64,000 nt of DNA, taken from positions 1 to 64,000 of the forward strand of contig JANMQV010000171.1 in assembly GCA_031370645.1 (NCBI GenBank), given 5' to 3'. This stretch comes from Candidatus Eiseniibacteriota bacterium. Its GTDB lineage: Bacteria; Eisenbacteria; RBG-16-71-46; SZUA-252. Made by a program: the position numbers and the translations under genes. This document shows positions 17,271-28,702 of the stretch, piece by piece (position 1 is the first letter of the stretch; every line of letters starts with the position of its first letter). Under the pieces are notes generated by a model that saw only the letters and a program-made list of their open reading frames with translations, made no database searches and was not told where the DNA came from.

Positions 17271-18454
17271 GCCTTCTTCCTTTCGGGATCGAAGAAGGGG
17301 AGCTTCGACACGGTGGCGGACGCGCGGCGGCGCTGATGCTCCACCGTGATCTCGATCCCGACGCTCGTGCCCGGCACGGCGTAGGGTGTGCGAAGGTGCG
17401 CGAGCGCGAGCGACTTCTTCAGGAGCGGCGACCAGCAGCCGCTCGTGGCGTAGCCGATCTGCCGTCCGGCGTCGTAGAGCGGGACGCTGGTTCGCCACGC
17501 GACGTTCGGGATCTGGGGCGGCAGGCCCTGGGCGGTGAAGAGCCGCTCGAACGAATCCCATTCGATCTCGAGGCCGACGAAGTTCCACGCGGCGCCGCGA
17601 ATCCGCTCGGCCGCGAGGGCGCGCCGTCCATTGAAGGGCCCCTTCCCTGCGCTCACCGCCCACCCGAGGTTGATCTCGTAGGGTGAAGACTTCCGCTGCT
17701 CGGTGAGCGCGTGGTGGGACGAGAAGTAATCAATGTCCATCATGATGAGCCCGGCCTCGATTCGCGCGATGTCGAGCGCCCAGACGCCCGCGGGGGTGAG
17801 TCCGTACGGCTTGCCGGCCTCCATCAGCGCGTCCCAGAGGGCGACGGCCCGCTCCGCGTCGACCCAGATCTCGTAACCGAGGTCGCCGGTGTATCCCGTG
17901 CGCGAGAGGCCCACGGGGATGTCGCGAATCGTCGTGTCGACATAGCGGAAGTATTTGAGCGCCGTCAGGTCCGCCGGAGAAACGGTCGTGAGGATGGTTC
18001 GAGAGAGCGGACCCTGAAGCGAGAGCGCGCCGGCACGTTCGGAGATATCCTCGATCCGGACCTCCATTCCCGCGGCGTTCAAGTGGAGCCAGCGGAGCGA
18101 CGAATCGGCGCTCGTGAGGCGATAGGATGTCTCGTCGAGGCGCGTGACCGTTCCGTCGTCGACCACCTTCCCTTCCCCATCGCACCAGGGCGTGTAGTAG
18201 ACCTGCCCCGGCTTCAATTTCGTCATGTCCCGCGTGATGGTGCGATCGAGCAGCCGCATCGCGTCACGCCCGGTGATGCGGTACTTGTAGAGGGGCGAGA
18301 CGTCGATCAGCGCGGCGGAATTCCGAATGGCGGCGTACTCGCGATCGGGGTGCGGATCGTAGGCGCTCGCCATCTGGTACCCCGCCCAGCGGCGCCACGT
18401 TTGCGCGCGCACGAGCGCGGAAGTGCGGGTATGGAATGGGGTGGTCTTGAGCAT
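17267..18454 (-). CDS. Aminomethyltransferase (GcvT-like, folate-binding) family protein
   Basis: TPFH, DVSPLYKY, GKVVDDGTV, LQGPLS, SRTGYTGDLGYEIW, ALDIARIEAG, LPFFDPERK. Confidence 0.9.
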   Translation of the reverse strand: MLKTTPFHTRTSALVRAQTWRRWAGYQMASAYDPHPDREYAAIRNSAALIDVSPLYKYRITGRDAMRLLDRTITRDMTKLKPGQVYYTPWCDGEGKVVDDGTVTRLDETSYRLTSADSSLRWLHLNAAGMEVRIEDISERAGALSLQGPLSRTILTTVSPADLTALKYFRYVDTTIRDIPVGLSRTGYTGDLGYEIWVDAERAVALWDALMEAGKPYGLTPAGVWALDIARIEAGLIMMDIDYFSSHHALTEQRKSSPYEINLGWAVSAGKGPFNGRRALAAERIRGAAWNFVGLEIEWDSFERLFTAQGLPPQIPNVAWRTSVPLYDAGRQIGYATSGCWSPLLKKSLALAHLRTPYAVPGTSVGIEITVEHQRRRASATVSKLPFFDPERKKA

Positions 18455-18524
18455 GGAGCAAGCAGTCTAGGCGACGCGTCCCCCGCTGGCAACCCGTGTG
18501 GAAGGCCGATCGAACCGGTCCGAT

Positions 18525-20810
18525 CTAGCCCCGGCGCGACGAGGGCGGACCACCCCCGTCCCGCTGCTGCGCCTCCACGACCGCGATCGACGCGATGTGA
18601 ATGATCTCGTTGTCGTCGGACATGGTCGAGAGAATGTGAACCGGCTTCGCGAGGCCGGCCAGGATCGGGCCGATCGTCTCGGCGCCGCCGAGCCGCTGCA
18701 CGAGTTTGTAGGCCAGGTTCCCGGAATGCAGATCCGGGAAGATGAGCACGTTCGCGTCGCCCTGGATGCGACTGAAGGGAAAATGCTCTCGCGCGGTTTC
18801 TGGATCGATCGCCGTTTCGAGCTGCATCTCCCCGTCCACGACCAGATCGGGGGCGCGCTTCGCGACCAGCGCCGTCGCCTGCCGCACGAGATCCACCAAG
18901 GGGTGCTTCGCCGATCCGAAACTGGAGAACGAGAGCATGGCGACGCGCGGGTCGAAACCGAATTCTCGGGCGACACCCGCGGCGAGAATGGCGATCTCGG
19001 CGAGTTCCTCGGCGTTCGGCTGAATGTTCACGGTTGTGTCGGCGAAGAAGTAACACTTCCCGCGCACGATCATGCAGTAGACGCCGCAGACGCGCGTGAT
19101 CCCCGGTCGGAGACCGATGATCTGGAGCGCGGGGCGAATCGTCTCGGCGTAGTGCTGCGACACGCCGGAAACCAATCCGTCGGCGTCGCCCAAGTGGACC
19201 ATCATGGCGCCGAAGTAGTTCGGATCGCGCATGTGAAGATCAGCATCCTTCCGTCGTAACCCCTTCCGGTGACGGAGGCGGTAGAGTTCCTCGGCGTAGG
19301 CGTCGAACTTCGGGTGCCGGCGCGGGTGGATCAGCTCGACGCCTCGGAGCGATACCTCAAGACGCTTCGCGGCAGCCTCGATCTCTTCCGTTTTGCCGAG
19401 AAGCACCGGCCGCGCAATCCCCTCGGCCACGAGGTGTGCCGCCACGCGCAGGATTCGTGGATGAAGTCCTTCCGGAAACACAATGCGGCGCGGGTCCTGC
19501 TCGGCGCGATGGATGAGGGAGCGCGCGATCTCGCGCGATTTGCCGAGACGCGCCTCCAGGCGCTCACGATACTCCTCGAGATCGAGCGTCCGCCGCGCCA
19601 CACCGGTCTTCATGGCGGCTCCGGCCACCGCCGGCGACACCCAGAGAAGCACGCGAGGATCGAACGGCTTCGGGATCAGATAATCGGGTCCGAACCGGAG
19701 CGATTCGACACCGTAGACTTTCGCGACCGCGTCGGGAACGTCCTCCTTGGCGAGGCTCGCCAGGGCGTGAACCGCCGCCAGCTTCATCTCGTCGTTGAAC
19801 CGCCTGGCCCTCACGTCGAGCGCGCCGCGGAAGAGGAAGGGGAATCCGAGCACGTTGTTCACCTGATTCGGATAATCGGAACGCCCGGTCGCCATGATGA
19901 CGTCGGGGCGCGCCGCCTTCGCATCCGGATAGCTGATTTCCGGGTCGGGATTGGCGCAGGCGAAGAGGATCGGGCGGGCGGCCATCGAGCGGACCATGTC
20001 CGGTGTGACAAGGCCGGCGCTCGAGAGTCCCAAGAGGACGTCGGCGCCGCGCACCGCGTCGGCAAGCGTGCGGGCCTTCGTTTCGGCCGCGAACTCCGCC
20101 TTGTAGGGATTCATCCCCTCCGTCCGCCCCTGATAGATGACTCCGGTCCGGTCGCAGAGCATGATCTGTTCGCGACGGACGCCGAGCCGCGTGAAGAGTC
20201 GCGCCGAGGCGATCCCGGACGCCCCGGCGCCCACGATGACGATCCGCGCGTCGGCGATCTTTCGGCCCGTGATCTCCAACGCGTTCAAGAGCGCGGCGCC
20301 GGTGATGATGGCGGTTCCGTGCTGGTCGTCGTGAAAGACCGGGATCGAGACCAGCGATTGGAGCTTCTCCTCGATGACGAAGCACTCCGGCGCCTTGATG
20401 TCCTCGAGATTGATGCCGCCGAACGTCGGCTCGAGAAGCCGGCAGACGTTGATGATCTCTTCCGGATCCGTCGAATCGATCTCGATGTCGAACACATCGA
20501 CGTCGGCGAATCGTTTGAACAGGATCCCCTTCCCCTCCATGACGGGCTTTCCCGCCAGCGCTCCAATGTTTCCGAGTCCCAAGACCGCGGTGCCGTTGGT
20601 GACGACTGCGACGAGATTCCCTTTCGCCGTGTATTCGTAGGCGAGTTCGGGATTCTTCTCGATCGCGAGGCAGGGCTCGGCCACACCCGGCGTGTAAGCG
20701 AGGGAGAGGTCCTTCTGTGTCGCGCACGGCTTCGTGGCGACGACCTCGATCTTCCCGGGTCGTCCGCTCCGGTGGTATTCGAGAGACTCCCGTCCAATCG
20801 AGTCGGTCAT
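18525..20810 (-). CDS. maeB: NADP-dependent malic enzyme with phosphotransacetylase-like domain
   Basis: [40 protein letters not shown]-terminal PTA domain (RIVFPEG, DGEMQ); start MTDSI at 20810. Confidence 0.95.
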   Translation of the reverse strand: MTDSIGRESLEYHRSGRPGKIEVVATKPCATQKDLSLAYTPGVAEPCLAIEKNPELAYEYTAKGNLVAVVTNGTAVLGLGNIGALAGKPVMEGKGILFKRFADVDVFDIEIDSTDPEEIINVCRLLEPTFGGINLEDIKAPECFVIEEKLQSLVSIPVFHDDQHGTAIITGAALLNALEITGRKIADARIVIVGAGASGIASARLFTRLGVRREQIMLCDRTGVIYQGRTEGMNPYKAEFAAETKARTLADAVRGADVLLGLSSAGLVTPDMVRSMAARPILFACANPDPEISYPDAKAARPDVIMATGRSDYPNQVNNVLGFPFLFRGALDVRARRFNDEMKLAAVHALASLAKEDVPDAVAKVYGVESLRFGPDYLIPKPFDPRVLLWVSPAVAGAAMKTGVARRTLDLEEYRERLEARLGKSREIARSLIHRAEQDPRRIVFPEGLHPRILRVAAHLVAEGIARPVLLGKTEEIEAAAKRLEVSLRGVELIHPRRHPKFDAYAEELYRLRHRKGLRRKDADLHMRDPNYFGAMMVHLGDADGLVSGVSQHYAETIRPALQIIGLRPGITRVCGVYCMIVRGKCYFFADTTVNIQPNAEELAEIAILAAGVAREFGFDPRVAMLSFSSFGSAKHPLVDLVRQATALVAKRAPDLVVDGEMQLETAIDPETAREHFPFSRIQGDANVLIFPDLHSGNLAYKLVQRLGGAETIGPILAGLAKPVHILSTMSDDNEIIHIASIAVVEAQQRDGGGPPSSRRG

Positions 20811-21071
20811 GACGGCGTAACCCCTTTCGGCAATGGCGTCTGCGGCGGGTGGCCAGCGCGCCTCGTGAAGCCCATTGTGGACCCATCCAGGGTGAAGGCA
20901 AGGTGGCCCCTCGTAGTAGTTCGGGGGCACCCAAAGCCCCCTCGGGGATAAGGGGGCCGGCCCCACCCCCCTAGCGTCGCCTCCTGCGCTCCCCTGGAGC
21001 CCTCGAATGGCGTACACTTCGCGGGCTTGTACCGCAATTTCCGCATGCCCTTCCAGGGGAGGAACGTTGCC

Positions 21072-23918
21072 ATGAACCTGCGCCGATTCATCATCGTGGC
21101 CGGCATGATCCTGGGGCTCGCGTCGGCGATCCATTCGCCGAATGCGCAGGCCCGCGCCGCGACACGCAAGCCCGCTCCGGCCGCGGCGCCCCGCGCCGAA
21201 AAACTGACGTCCGTCGAGGGGATCAACGAGTACCGACTCCCGAACGGGATGCGCGTTCTCCTCTTCCCCGATCTCTCCAAGCAAACCGCCACGGTGAACA
21301 TCACCTACCTGGTCGGTTCGCGGCACGAGGGGTACGGGGAGACGGGAATGGCGCATCTTCTCGAGCACATGCTCTTCAAGGGTTCGAAGAACCACCGCGA
21401 CATCTACCAGGAGTTGACGTCGCACGGAGCCCGCCCGAACGGGACGACGTGGTTCGATCGCACGAACTATTTCGAGACGTTCGCCGCGAGCGACGTGAAT
21501 CTCACCTGGGCCCTCGATCTGGAAGCCGATCGGATGGTGAATTCCTTCATCGCGAAGAAGGACCTCGACTCGGAAATGACGGTCGTCCGAAACGAGTTCG
21601 AGATCGACGAGAACGATTCCCGCGCAATTCTGACGGAGCGCGTCTTCTCGACGGCCTACCTGTGGCATAACTACGGCAAGTCGACCATCGGCGCGCGTTC
21701 CGACATCGAGGGCGTCCCGATCGGTCGGTTGCAGGGGTTCTACCGGAAGTGGTACCAGCCCAACAACGCGATCCTGGTCGTCGCCGGGAACTTCGACGAA
21801 GCGAAGACGCTTCGGATGATCGAGAAGAAGTACGGGGTCATCCCACGCTCCAAGCAGCCGATCGACGGCACCTACACCTCCGAACCGGTGCAGGACGGCG
21901 AGCGGGACGTGACGCTGCGACGCGTCGGCGACACGAAGGTGGCGTCGGCCGCCTATCACATTCCGGCGGGCTCCGATCCTGACTATGCCACCGTCAGCGT
22001 CCTCGGCTTCATTCTCGGCGACCAGCCGTCGGGTCGCCTCTACAAGGCGCTCGTCGAGACGAAGAAGGCCGCGACCATCTCCATCGACGTGTCGCAGTTC
22101 CGCGACCCGGGGCTTCTCTACGTCGATGCGAGCACGTCGTCGGACGGCGCGATTGAGGACGTGCGCGACACGATGTTCCGAACGCTCGAGGACTTCAACA
22201 AGACGCCCCCCACGGAGCAGGACGTCGCGCGCGCACGCGACAACCTTCTCAAGGGCTGGGACCTCATGATTCGCGATTCGCAGCGCGCGGCCCTCAATCT
22301 CTCGGAGTGGGCGGCCATGGGCGACTGGCGCCTCATGTTCCTCCACCGCGACCGGTTGCAGAAGGTCACCGTCGGCGACGTGACGCGCGTGGCCGGCGCC
22401 TACCTCAAGTCTTCGAATCGCACGGCCGGCTTGTTCCTCCCGACGAAGGATCCCGATCGCGCGACGATCCCGCCGCTCCAGGACATCGCGGCGGTCGTGA
22501 AGAATTACAAGGGCGGCGAGGCGCTTAGCGCGGGCGAAGCATTCGACCCCGCCCCCGACGCCGTGGAAGCACGCGTCACGCGGACGACGCTTCCGTCGGG
22601 CCTGAAGCTCGCGTTCCTTCCGAAGAAGACGCGCGGCTCCACGGTGCAGGCGGTCATCCGGCTCCACTTCGGATCGCTGACCGACTTGAAGGGTCGGAAG
22701 CGCGCAGCCGAGGTTGCCGGCAGCATGCTCATGCGCGGCACGGCGAAGCACACGCGCCAGGAATTGAAGGACGAGATCGATCGCTTGAAGGCGACCGTCC
22801 GGGTGGACGGCGCGACGGCCGGCACCTGGGCCACGATCGACGCCACGAAGGAGACGCTCCCGCAGGCGCTTCGCCTCGCCGTGGAAGCGATGCGCGAACC
22901 GGTCTTCCCGGCAAACGAACTCGAACTCCTCCGCCAGGAAGTGATCGCGGGGGTGGAGGAATCGAAGACCGATCCGAGGCAGATCGCGGGCACGGCGGCG
23001 AGCCGGTACCTCGTCCCGCGCTCGCCGGACGATCCGCGCTATATCGCCACACCCGAGGAGATGCTCGAGCTGACAAAGAAGGTGACGCTCGCGGAGGTGA
23101 AGCAGTTCTACACCGACTTCTACGGCGCCTCCGACGGCGAGGTCACGATTGTCGGAGACTTCGATCCGAAGGCGACGAAGGACCTCCTGAACGAACTGCT
23201 CGGCTCGTGGAAGAGCCCGCGCTCCTACGTGCGGATGGTGACGCCGTACGAGGATCGCCCCGCGCTTGTCCAGTCGATCGAGGCGCCCGACAAGCAGAGC
23301 GCCTACATGCAGGCCGTGCTTCGCGTCCAAATGAAGGACGACGATCCCGAATATCCCGCCATGATCCTCGGGAACTTCATGACGGGCGGCGGATTCATCA
23401 ACTCCCGGTTGGCGACCCGCATCCGACGCGTCGAGGGACTAAGCTATGGCGTCGGTTCGGGCTTCATCGCCACGCCGTGGGAAGACGACGCACGATTCTT
23501 CGCCATCGCCATCTACGCCCCGGAGAACTCGGCCAAGCTGGAGGCGGCGTTCCGGGATGAGATGTCCAAGATGCTCGCGAATGGATTCGGCGCCGACGAG
23601 ATTGCGGAAGCAAAGAAGGGGTGGCTCCAATCGCGTCAGGTCTCTCGCTCCCAGGACCGCGAACTGGTCGGCACGCTGGCGAGCCGGCTGGAGGAAGGAC
23701 GCACGCTTGCGTTCGATCGCGACGTCGAAAAAGGTGTTCGCGACCTGACGGCCGATCAGATCATCACGGCGATGCGGAAGCGGATCGACCTGAACAAAAT
23801 CACGATGGTTCAGGCGGGCGATTTCGCCAAGTCGAAGAAGAGCGGCAAGGTTGAAGCGAAGGCCGAGAGCGGCGCGAAGGGCGAAGCCGGCGCCGGAGTA
23901 GGAGTCGGAACGAAGTAA
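21072..23918 (+). CDS. Secreted M16 (pitrilysin-family) zinc protease
   Basis: Signal peptide; [13 protein letters not shown] inverted zinc motif; four-domain repeat with [15 protein letters not shown]. Confidence 0.92.
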   Translation: MNLRRFIIVAGMILGLASAIHSPNAQARAATRKPAPAAAPRAEKLTSVEGINEYRLPNGMRVLLFPDLSKQTATVNITYLVGSRHEGYGETGMAHLLEHMLFKGSKNHRDIYQELTSHGARPNGTTWFDRTNYFETFAASDVNLTWALDLEADRMVNSFIAKKDLDSEMTVVRNEFEIDENDSRAILTERVFSTAYLWHNYGKSTIGARSDIEGVPIGRLQGFYRKWYQPNNAILVVAGNFDEAKTLRMIEKKYGVIPRSKQPIDGTYTSEPVQDGERDVTLRRVGDTKVASAAYHIPAGSDPDYATVSVLGFILGDQPSGRLYKALVETKKAATISIDVSQFRDPGLLYVDASTSSDGAIEDVRDTMFRTLEDFNKTPPTEQDVARARDNLLKGWDLMIRDSQRAALNLSEWAAMGDWRLMFLHRDRLQKVTVGDVTRVAGAYLKSSNRTAGLFLPTKDPDRATIPPLQDIAAVVKNYKGGEALSAGEAFDPAPDAVEARVTRTTLPSGLKLAFLPKKTRGSTVQAVIRLHFGSLTDLKGRKRAAEVAGSMLMRGTAKHTRQELKDEIDRLKATVRVDGATAGTWATIDATKETLPQALRLAVEAMREPVFPANELELLRQEVIAGVEESKTDPRQIAGTAASRYLVPRSPDDPRYIATPEEMLELTKKVTLAEVKQFYTDFYGASDGEVTIVGDFDPKATKDLLNELLGSWKSPRSYVRMVTPYEDRPALVQSIEAPDKQSAYMQAVLRVQMKDDDPEYPAMILGNFMTGGGFINSRLATRIRRVEGLSYGVGSGFIATPWEDDARFFAIAIYAPENSAKLEAAFRDEMSKMLANGFGADEIAEAKKGWLQSRQVSRSQDRELVGTLASRLEEGRTLAFDRDVEKGVRDLTADQIITAMRKRIDLNKITMVQAGDFAKSKKSGKVEAKAESGAKGEAGAGVGVGTK

Positions 23919-23938
23919 CGCCCCACTCGAACGGGGCG
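23919..23938. terminator. Short hairpin between convergent genes
   Basis: CGCCCC-ACTCGAAC-GGGGCG between the M16 and desaturase stops. Confidence 0.35.
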
Positions 23939-23939
23939 G

Positions 23940-25091
23940 TTAGGCGGGCGAGGCGGAAGGGTTTCCGAGTCTCTTGAGCGTTTGGAGATGGGACCTGACC
24001 GCCGCGCGCATCGTCGCGTGATGGTGATGCGGCACCCCGTGCTCGGCGGCGGTCTCCCGGACGATCTTGCTGATCGCGGGATAGTGGACGCTGCAGACCT
24101 TCGGGAAGAGGTGGTGCTCCACCTGGAAGTTGAGCCCCCCGACGTACCACGAAAGCCACCGGTTCGACATCGCGAAGTCCGACGTCGTCTCCATCTGATG
24201 AATCATCCATGCCGTTTCCATCGAGCCGTCGGGCGCGGGAATCGGATGCTCCGTCTCCTCCACGACGTGCGCCAATTGGAAGACGATGCCGAGGATGAAT
24301 CCCGCGGTTAGGTGCATCACGACGAAGCCGATCAAGAATTGCCACCACGGGACGTCCAGGACGAGAAGCGGGATCACGATGGCGTAGGTGTAGTAGAAGA
24401 GCTTCGAACCAACGAGCAGCGCGACCTCCGAGACGTGGTGCTTCTTTTCCCGGAAGGGGCCCAATTCCCGCATCAGGAAGTATTTGTAGTCCTTCATGAA
24501 GACCCAGTTGAGCGTCGAGAGGCTGTAGGCGGCGGCCGCGTAGAGATGTTGGAATCGGTGGATCGGCCGGAGTTCCGCCTGCGGCGAGAGCCGGAGAAGC
24601 GGCGACACTTCGAGATCCTCGTCCAAGCCATGAACGTTTGGATACGTGTGATGGATCACGTTGTGCGTGATCTTCCACATGTACCCGCTTGCCCCCGCGA
24701 GTTCGAAACTGAAACCGAGGACCCGGTTGAGCCAAGGACGAGAGGAGTAAGCCCCGTGCAACGCGTCGTGCGAGATGCCGAATCCAATCCCCGCCGTGCC
24801 CACCCCCATCACGACCGCGAGACCCAGCATTTGGAGCGGCGTGAACTGGTTGCTCAAAATCATCCCGTACGCGCCGAACGTGACCCCGAGCATGACGATC
24901 GTCTTGATCACCATCGAGGCGTTGGCTTTGGGAGAAAGGTGGCGGGAATCGAAGTACTCGGCGACTCGACGCTTGACGGCATCGCCGAAGCCGGCCGGGT
25001 CGGCGGGGGCAAATACCACCCGAGAGGTGGCGGGGTGCGTCCCGGCGGTGGCGTTCTGAATCGTTTTTTCTCCCAGCGTCGCCCGCGCCAC
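23940..25091 (-). CDS. Membrane acyl-CoA fatty acid desaturase
   Basis: His boxes HDALH, HNVIHH, QVEHH; start uncertain (GTG 25091 chosen). Confidence 0.9.
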   Translation of the reverse strand: MARATLGEKTIQNATAGTHPATSRVVFAPADPAGFGDAVKRRVAEYFDSRHLSPKANASMVIKTIVMLGVTFGAYGMILSNQFTPLQMLGLAVVMGVGTAGIGFGISHDALHGAYSSRPWLNRVLGFSFELAGASGYMWKITHNVIHHTYPNVHGLDEDLEVSPLLRLSPQAELRPIHRFQHLYAAAAYSLSTLNWVFMKDYKYFLMRELGPFREKKHHVSEVALLVGSKLFYYTYAIVIPLLVLDVPWWQFLIGFVVMHLTAGFILGIVFQLAHVVEETEHPIPAPDGSMETAWMIHQMETTSDFAMSNRWLSWYVGGLNFQVEHHLFPKVCSVHYPAISKIVRETAAEHGVPHHHHATMRAAVRSHLQTLKRLGNPSASPA

Positions 25092-25437
25092 ATTCCTGGC
25101 GCCATTGGCGGAGTGTTCCTGAACCGAGCTCGCGGACTCTCCGCGCGGATCGTGACCGCGGGGCCGTCCGGGCAATGCTCCTCCGGAGTCTAGCCCTTCG
25201 GATCGTTGAACACCAGCCCCAAGCCCGGAGGTCCCGCGGAGACTCCGCATCGACTTATTCCTCGCGCAGCCGACACCCCAGCCGGGCTCCGTCACAAGGC
25301 GCCTCGGTCTTGCCGGATTCCGCTCCAAGTCGTGACGCCGTGGGGTCATGAAGACGCGGAGGCAGTGCGTTTGGCTCGCGATTCGGCGCGACGCGACGCC
25401 CCGCGTTCCGCCGCTTCGGTGATACAATCCCCGGCCC

Positions 25438-27084
25438 ATGATCTCGCTCAGCAATATCAGCAAGCAGTACGGTCGCCAGGTCCTCTTCGTCGAGACCTCG
25501 TTCCAGCTCAACGCCGGGGAGAAGGCAGGGCTCGTCGGGCCGAATGGCGCGGGAAAGACGACCGTCTTTCGGATGATCGTCGGCGAAGAGACGCCCGATG
25601 AGGGCGAGGTCTCCGTCCCCAAGCGAACGACCATCGGCTACTTCCGCCAAGACGTCGGCGAGATGTCGGGTCGCTCGGTGCTCGACGAGGCGATCGCGGG
25701 TAGCGGCAAGCTCGGCGACCTTCACCACGAATTGAAGGATCTCGAACTCGCCCTCGCGGACCCGGCGCGCGCCGACGAGATGGAGAAGATTCTCAAGCGC
25801 TTTGGCGAGGTGCAGGAGGCGTATCAGGACGGCGGCGGATACGACCTGGAGGCACGCGCCCGCGAAGTGCTTCACGGGCTCGGCTTCGAGGACCGCCAGA
25901 TCGACGGCGACGTCGGCGCCATGTCGGGCGGCTGGAAGATGCGCGTCGGCATGGCCCGCGTTCTCCTCGGCCGACCCGACGTCCTCCTCATGGACGAACC
26001 GACGAACCATCTCGACATCGAGTCGATCCTCTGGCTCGAGGATTTCATCCGCGACTATCCCGGCGCCGTTCTCATGACCTGTCACGACAAGGATTTCATG
26101 AATCGCGTGGTGAGCCGGATCGTGGAGATCGACGGCGGTGAATTCAGCACCTTCACCGGCAATTACGATTATTACGTGCGCGAGCGGGCGATCGCCGAGG
26201 CGAACCGGGAGGCCGCCTACGCGCGCCAGCAGGCCATGCTGGCGAAAGAGCGGCGCTTCATCGAGCGCTTCGCCGCCCACGCGGCCAAGGCCGCGCAGGT
26301 GCAGAGCCGCGTGAAGAAGCTGGAAAAGATCGATGTCGTCGAATTGCCGGTGCGGCGGAAGGTCGTGGAGTTCGATTTCCGCCAGCCCCCCCGCTCCGGC
26401 GAGGATGTCGCGATGCTCTCCGGCGTCTCGAAGGCGTACGGGCCGCGCGTCCTCTACGACGGCTTCGACTTCGTGATTCGCCGCACGGAACGCTGGTGCG
26501 TGATGGGGCGAAACGGCGCCGGTAAAACGACGCTTCTCAAGCTAGTCGCGGGCGTGCTCGATCCCGACCATGGCTCGGTGCGGCTCGGCGCTGGTCTCAA
26601 GGTCGGCTACTTCGCGCAGCAGTCGCTCGAGCAACTCGATCCGTCCCTCTCGGTGTTCGAGCAGATCCAGAAGAGCTGCCCCATGGAAGGCCAGGGAGTC
26701 CTTCGGAATCTCCTCGGGGCGTTTCACTTCTCGGGGACCGATCACGAGAAGCCGGTGCGCGTCCTCTCGGGCGGCGAGAAGTCGCGACTCGTCCTTGCGC
26801 AGATGCTCTTCGATCCGCCGAACTTCCTCATCCTCGACGAGCCGACGAATCACCTCGATCTCGAGACGAAGGAGATGCTGGTGGAGGCGCTTCGGAATTT
26901 CGAAGGGACGATGCTCTTCGTAAGTCACGACCGGACGTTTCTCAAGGGGCTGAGCAATCGCGTCCTGGAGCTTCGTCCCGGAGACGGCAACGGCAACCCC
27001 GGACTCCCGCCGTTCGCATACGGTGGATCGTACGTGGAGTTCGTGGAGCGGACCGGGAGCGAGGCCGCGGGCGTGCACCGGTAA
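25438..27084 (+). CDS. ABC-F family ATP-binding protein
   Basis: Two ABC domains (GPNGAGKTT, MSGGW, DEPTNHLD; GRNGAGKTT, LSGGE, DEPTNHLD), no transmembrane domain. Confidence 0.95.
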   Translation: MISLSNISKQYGRQVLFVETSFQLNAGEKAGLVGPNGAGKTTVFRMIVGEETPDEGEVSVPKRTTIGYFRQDVGEMSGRSVLDEAIAGSGKLGDLHHELKDLELALADPARADEMEKILKRFGEVQEAYQDGGGYDLEARAREVLHGLGFEDRQIDGDVGAMSGGWKMRVGMARVLLGRPDVLLMDEPTNHLDIESILWLEDFIRDYPGAVLMTCHDKDFMNRVVSRIVEIDGGEFSTFTGNYDYYVRERAIAEANREAAYARQQAMLAKERRFIERFAAHAAKAAQVQSRVKKLEKIDVVELPVRRKVVEFDFRQPPRSGEDVAMLSGVSKAYGPRVLYDGFDFVIRRTERWCVMGRNGAGKTTLLKLVAGVLDPDHGSVRLGAGLKVGYFAQQSLEQLDPSLSVFEQIQKSCPMEGQGVLRNLLGAFHFSGTDHEKPVRVLSGGEKSRLVLAQMLFDPPNFLILDEPTNHLDLETKEMLVEALRNFEGTMLFVSHDRTFLKGLSNRVLELRPGDGNGNPGLPPFAYGGSYVEFVERTGSEAAGVHR

Positions 27085-27135
27085 GGGGCGCGGCTCCGCG
27101 GAGTCGGGGAGGCGCCGAGCCTTAGCGGCCCGCTG

Positions 27136-27249
27136 CTAGGGCCGAGGGAATTTCTCGGCGATGTTGGTCAGGAGAAGGTAGGTCGCTACGATCACAACGA
27201 CGAGCGTGAGTACCAATCCGATGCCTGAACCGGGAGTTCTCTCTCGCAT
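27136..27249 (-). CDS. 37-aa single-helix small membrane protein (not in ORF track)
   Basis: MRERTPGSGIGLVLTLVVVIVATYLLLTNIAEKFPRP*, directly downstream of a consensus sigma54 promoter. Confidence 0.55.
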   Translation of the reverse strand: MRERTPGSGIGLVLTLVVVIVATYLLLTNIAEKFPRP

Positions 27250-27264
27250 GGCGGGTTTGCATTG

Positions 27265-27280
27265 TGCAATGCCCGTGCCG
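27265..27280 (-). promoter_or_regulatory. sigma54 (-24/-12) promoter
   Basis: Minus strand CGGCACG-GGCA-TTGCA. Confidence 0.7.
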
Positions 27281-27479
27281 CGGGGGTGCAACCGGCTGCG
27301 GCAGGCTCAACCCATTGCGGCGCAAGGCGGGCTCGATCTCCAGAGCGCGGCCGCGCCCCGAATACTCTCGCTCAGCGGGGCGAATGGCCCGTGACATCGG
27401 GTGAGATGGCCCAATCCGACCACGCCGGCTCGCACGCCCTCCGCTTCAGCCCGACGCCCCTCCTGCCGATGAATCCCTG

Positions 27480-27884
27480 ATGCGCACCCTACTCCTGGCT
27501 CCCCTTGTGGCGACCCTGATCCTCGCCTCCGGTTGCGCCGGCACCGGCCCTTCGGTCGGTACGGGTGACTTCATCGGCAAGAGCTCCGAGTCGACCGGAT
27601 TCGCCTCCTTCTACGGGCCGGAATTTCAGGGGAAGCGGACCGCGAGCGGCAAGCGCTACGACCCCGACGAACTTTCCGCCGCGCACCGCACGCTTCCCTT
27701 CGGGACGCGCGTGCGGGTTACGAATCTCAAGAACGATCGAAGCGTGGTCGTGACGATCAACGATCGCGGTCCGTTTCGGCGGGGCCGCATCGTCGACGTT
27801 TCGAGACGCGCCGCGCGCGAGCTCGGATTTCTCCGAGCCGGCGTGGCGCGCGTGCGGCTCGAGGTGCTCGCCGAAAAGGGGTGA
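27480..27884 (+). CDS. rlpA: Septal ring lytic transglycosylase RlpA family lipoprotein
   Basis: Lipobox [36 protein letters not shown]. Confidence 0.9.
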   Translation: MRTLLLAPLVATLILASGCAGTGPSVGTGDFIGKSSESTGFASFYGPEFQGKRTASGKRYDPDELSAAHRTLPFGTRVRVTNLKNDRSVVVTINDRGPFRRGRIVDVSRRAARELGFLRAGVARVRLEVLAEKG

Positions 27885-27942
27885 GCCCCCGGGGCCTGGC
27901 CCCGAGGGCTCGGATCGATGCTGCGGGCGAAGTGACCGCCGC

Positions 27943-28560
27943 TCAGCACCCTTCACCTTTTTCCGTGATGGCGGTCGTCTGCTTCGGCAACACCTGGAGG
28001 AAAATCCAGACCCGCTTCCAACGGCTCCCTCCGTTCGTCGCGGTGACCGAGAGTCCGAGCCGTTCGGTCGTGCTCCGGAGCGGCACCCGGTACGAAGCGC
28101 GCCAGACATTCGCCGTCGCATCGAAGACGAACGGTCTCGACTGCCCACGCCCGTCGGACAGCATGACTTCGGTGACGTCCGACGAGCCTTCCGCCGTGAC
28201 CTGGACGATGCTTCCCGGGACCACCAAGGAGTCTGGAGCGCTCACGACGACTTCCGGAGGAAGCGCGATATCCTGCTCGGCAGCCGGCGCCTGGCCGGTC
28301 GCCTCGAGTTGAGCGGCGCCTCCGTCAGACTCCATGACCCCACTCGTGATGGTCGACGGGGTGGAGCCAGTTCCGCCGGCGGTGGTCGCGGCCGACAGGG
28401 CCACGGTGGCCTTCCCCTGGTCGTCACTGTTGGTCGCAGAGATCTTCTTCTCCTCGTTCCCGCACCCCAGCGCAACCAGCAACATGAGAAACGAACCGGC
28501 CACCGCCACGTCCCAGCGACTGATGCCCCACGCGCTCGACTTCTTTTCCTGGCGAATCAT
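27943..28560 (-). CDS. Hypothetical lipoprotein with low-complexity linker and C-terminal beta-sandwich
   Basis: Lipobox LVALGC; Thr/Ala/Gly-rich linker; GGAG upstream. Confidence 0.75.
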   Translation of the reverse strand: MIRQEKKSSAWGISRWDVAVAGSFLMLLVALGCGNEEKKISATNSDDQGKATVALSAATTAGGTGSTPSTITSGVMESDGGAAQLEATGQAPAAEQDIALPPEVVVSAPDSLVVPGSIVQVTAEGSSDVTEVMLSDGRGQSRPFVFDATANVWRASYRVPLRSTTERLGLSVTATNGGSRWKRVWIFLQVLPKQTTAITEKGEGC

Positions 28561-28702
28561 GACCCTGCTCCCAGCCGGCGTTTGTGGTGTTCAACCAGAG
28601 GGTGGCCGCCGGCGTGTGGCCCCTGGTCGTCCGGATCAGGATGGGTCCCGAGTTCCGGTTACCGAACTCGCCGCACTGGCGTGGCCGGTGACCAGGTACC
28701 TA

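Noticed and set aside
17267-18454. True glycine cleavage T protein (gcvT)
   Set aside because: No gcvH or gcvP adjacent, and DVSPLYK differs from the canonical DVSHM motif.
18525-23330. 1601-aa ORF suggesting a giant MaeB fusion
   Set aside because: The first part is the stop-free antisense shadow of the M16 protease gene; MaeB homology starts at 20810 after an AAAGGGG SD-like sequence.
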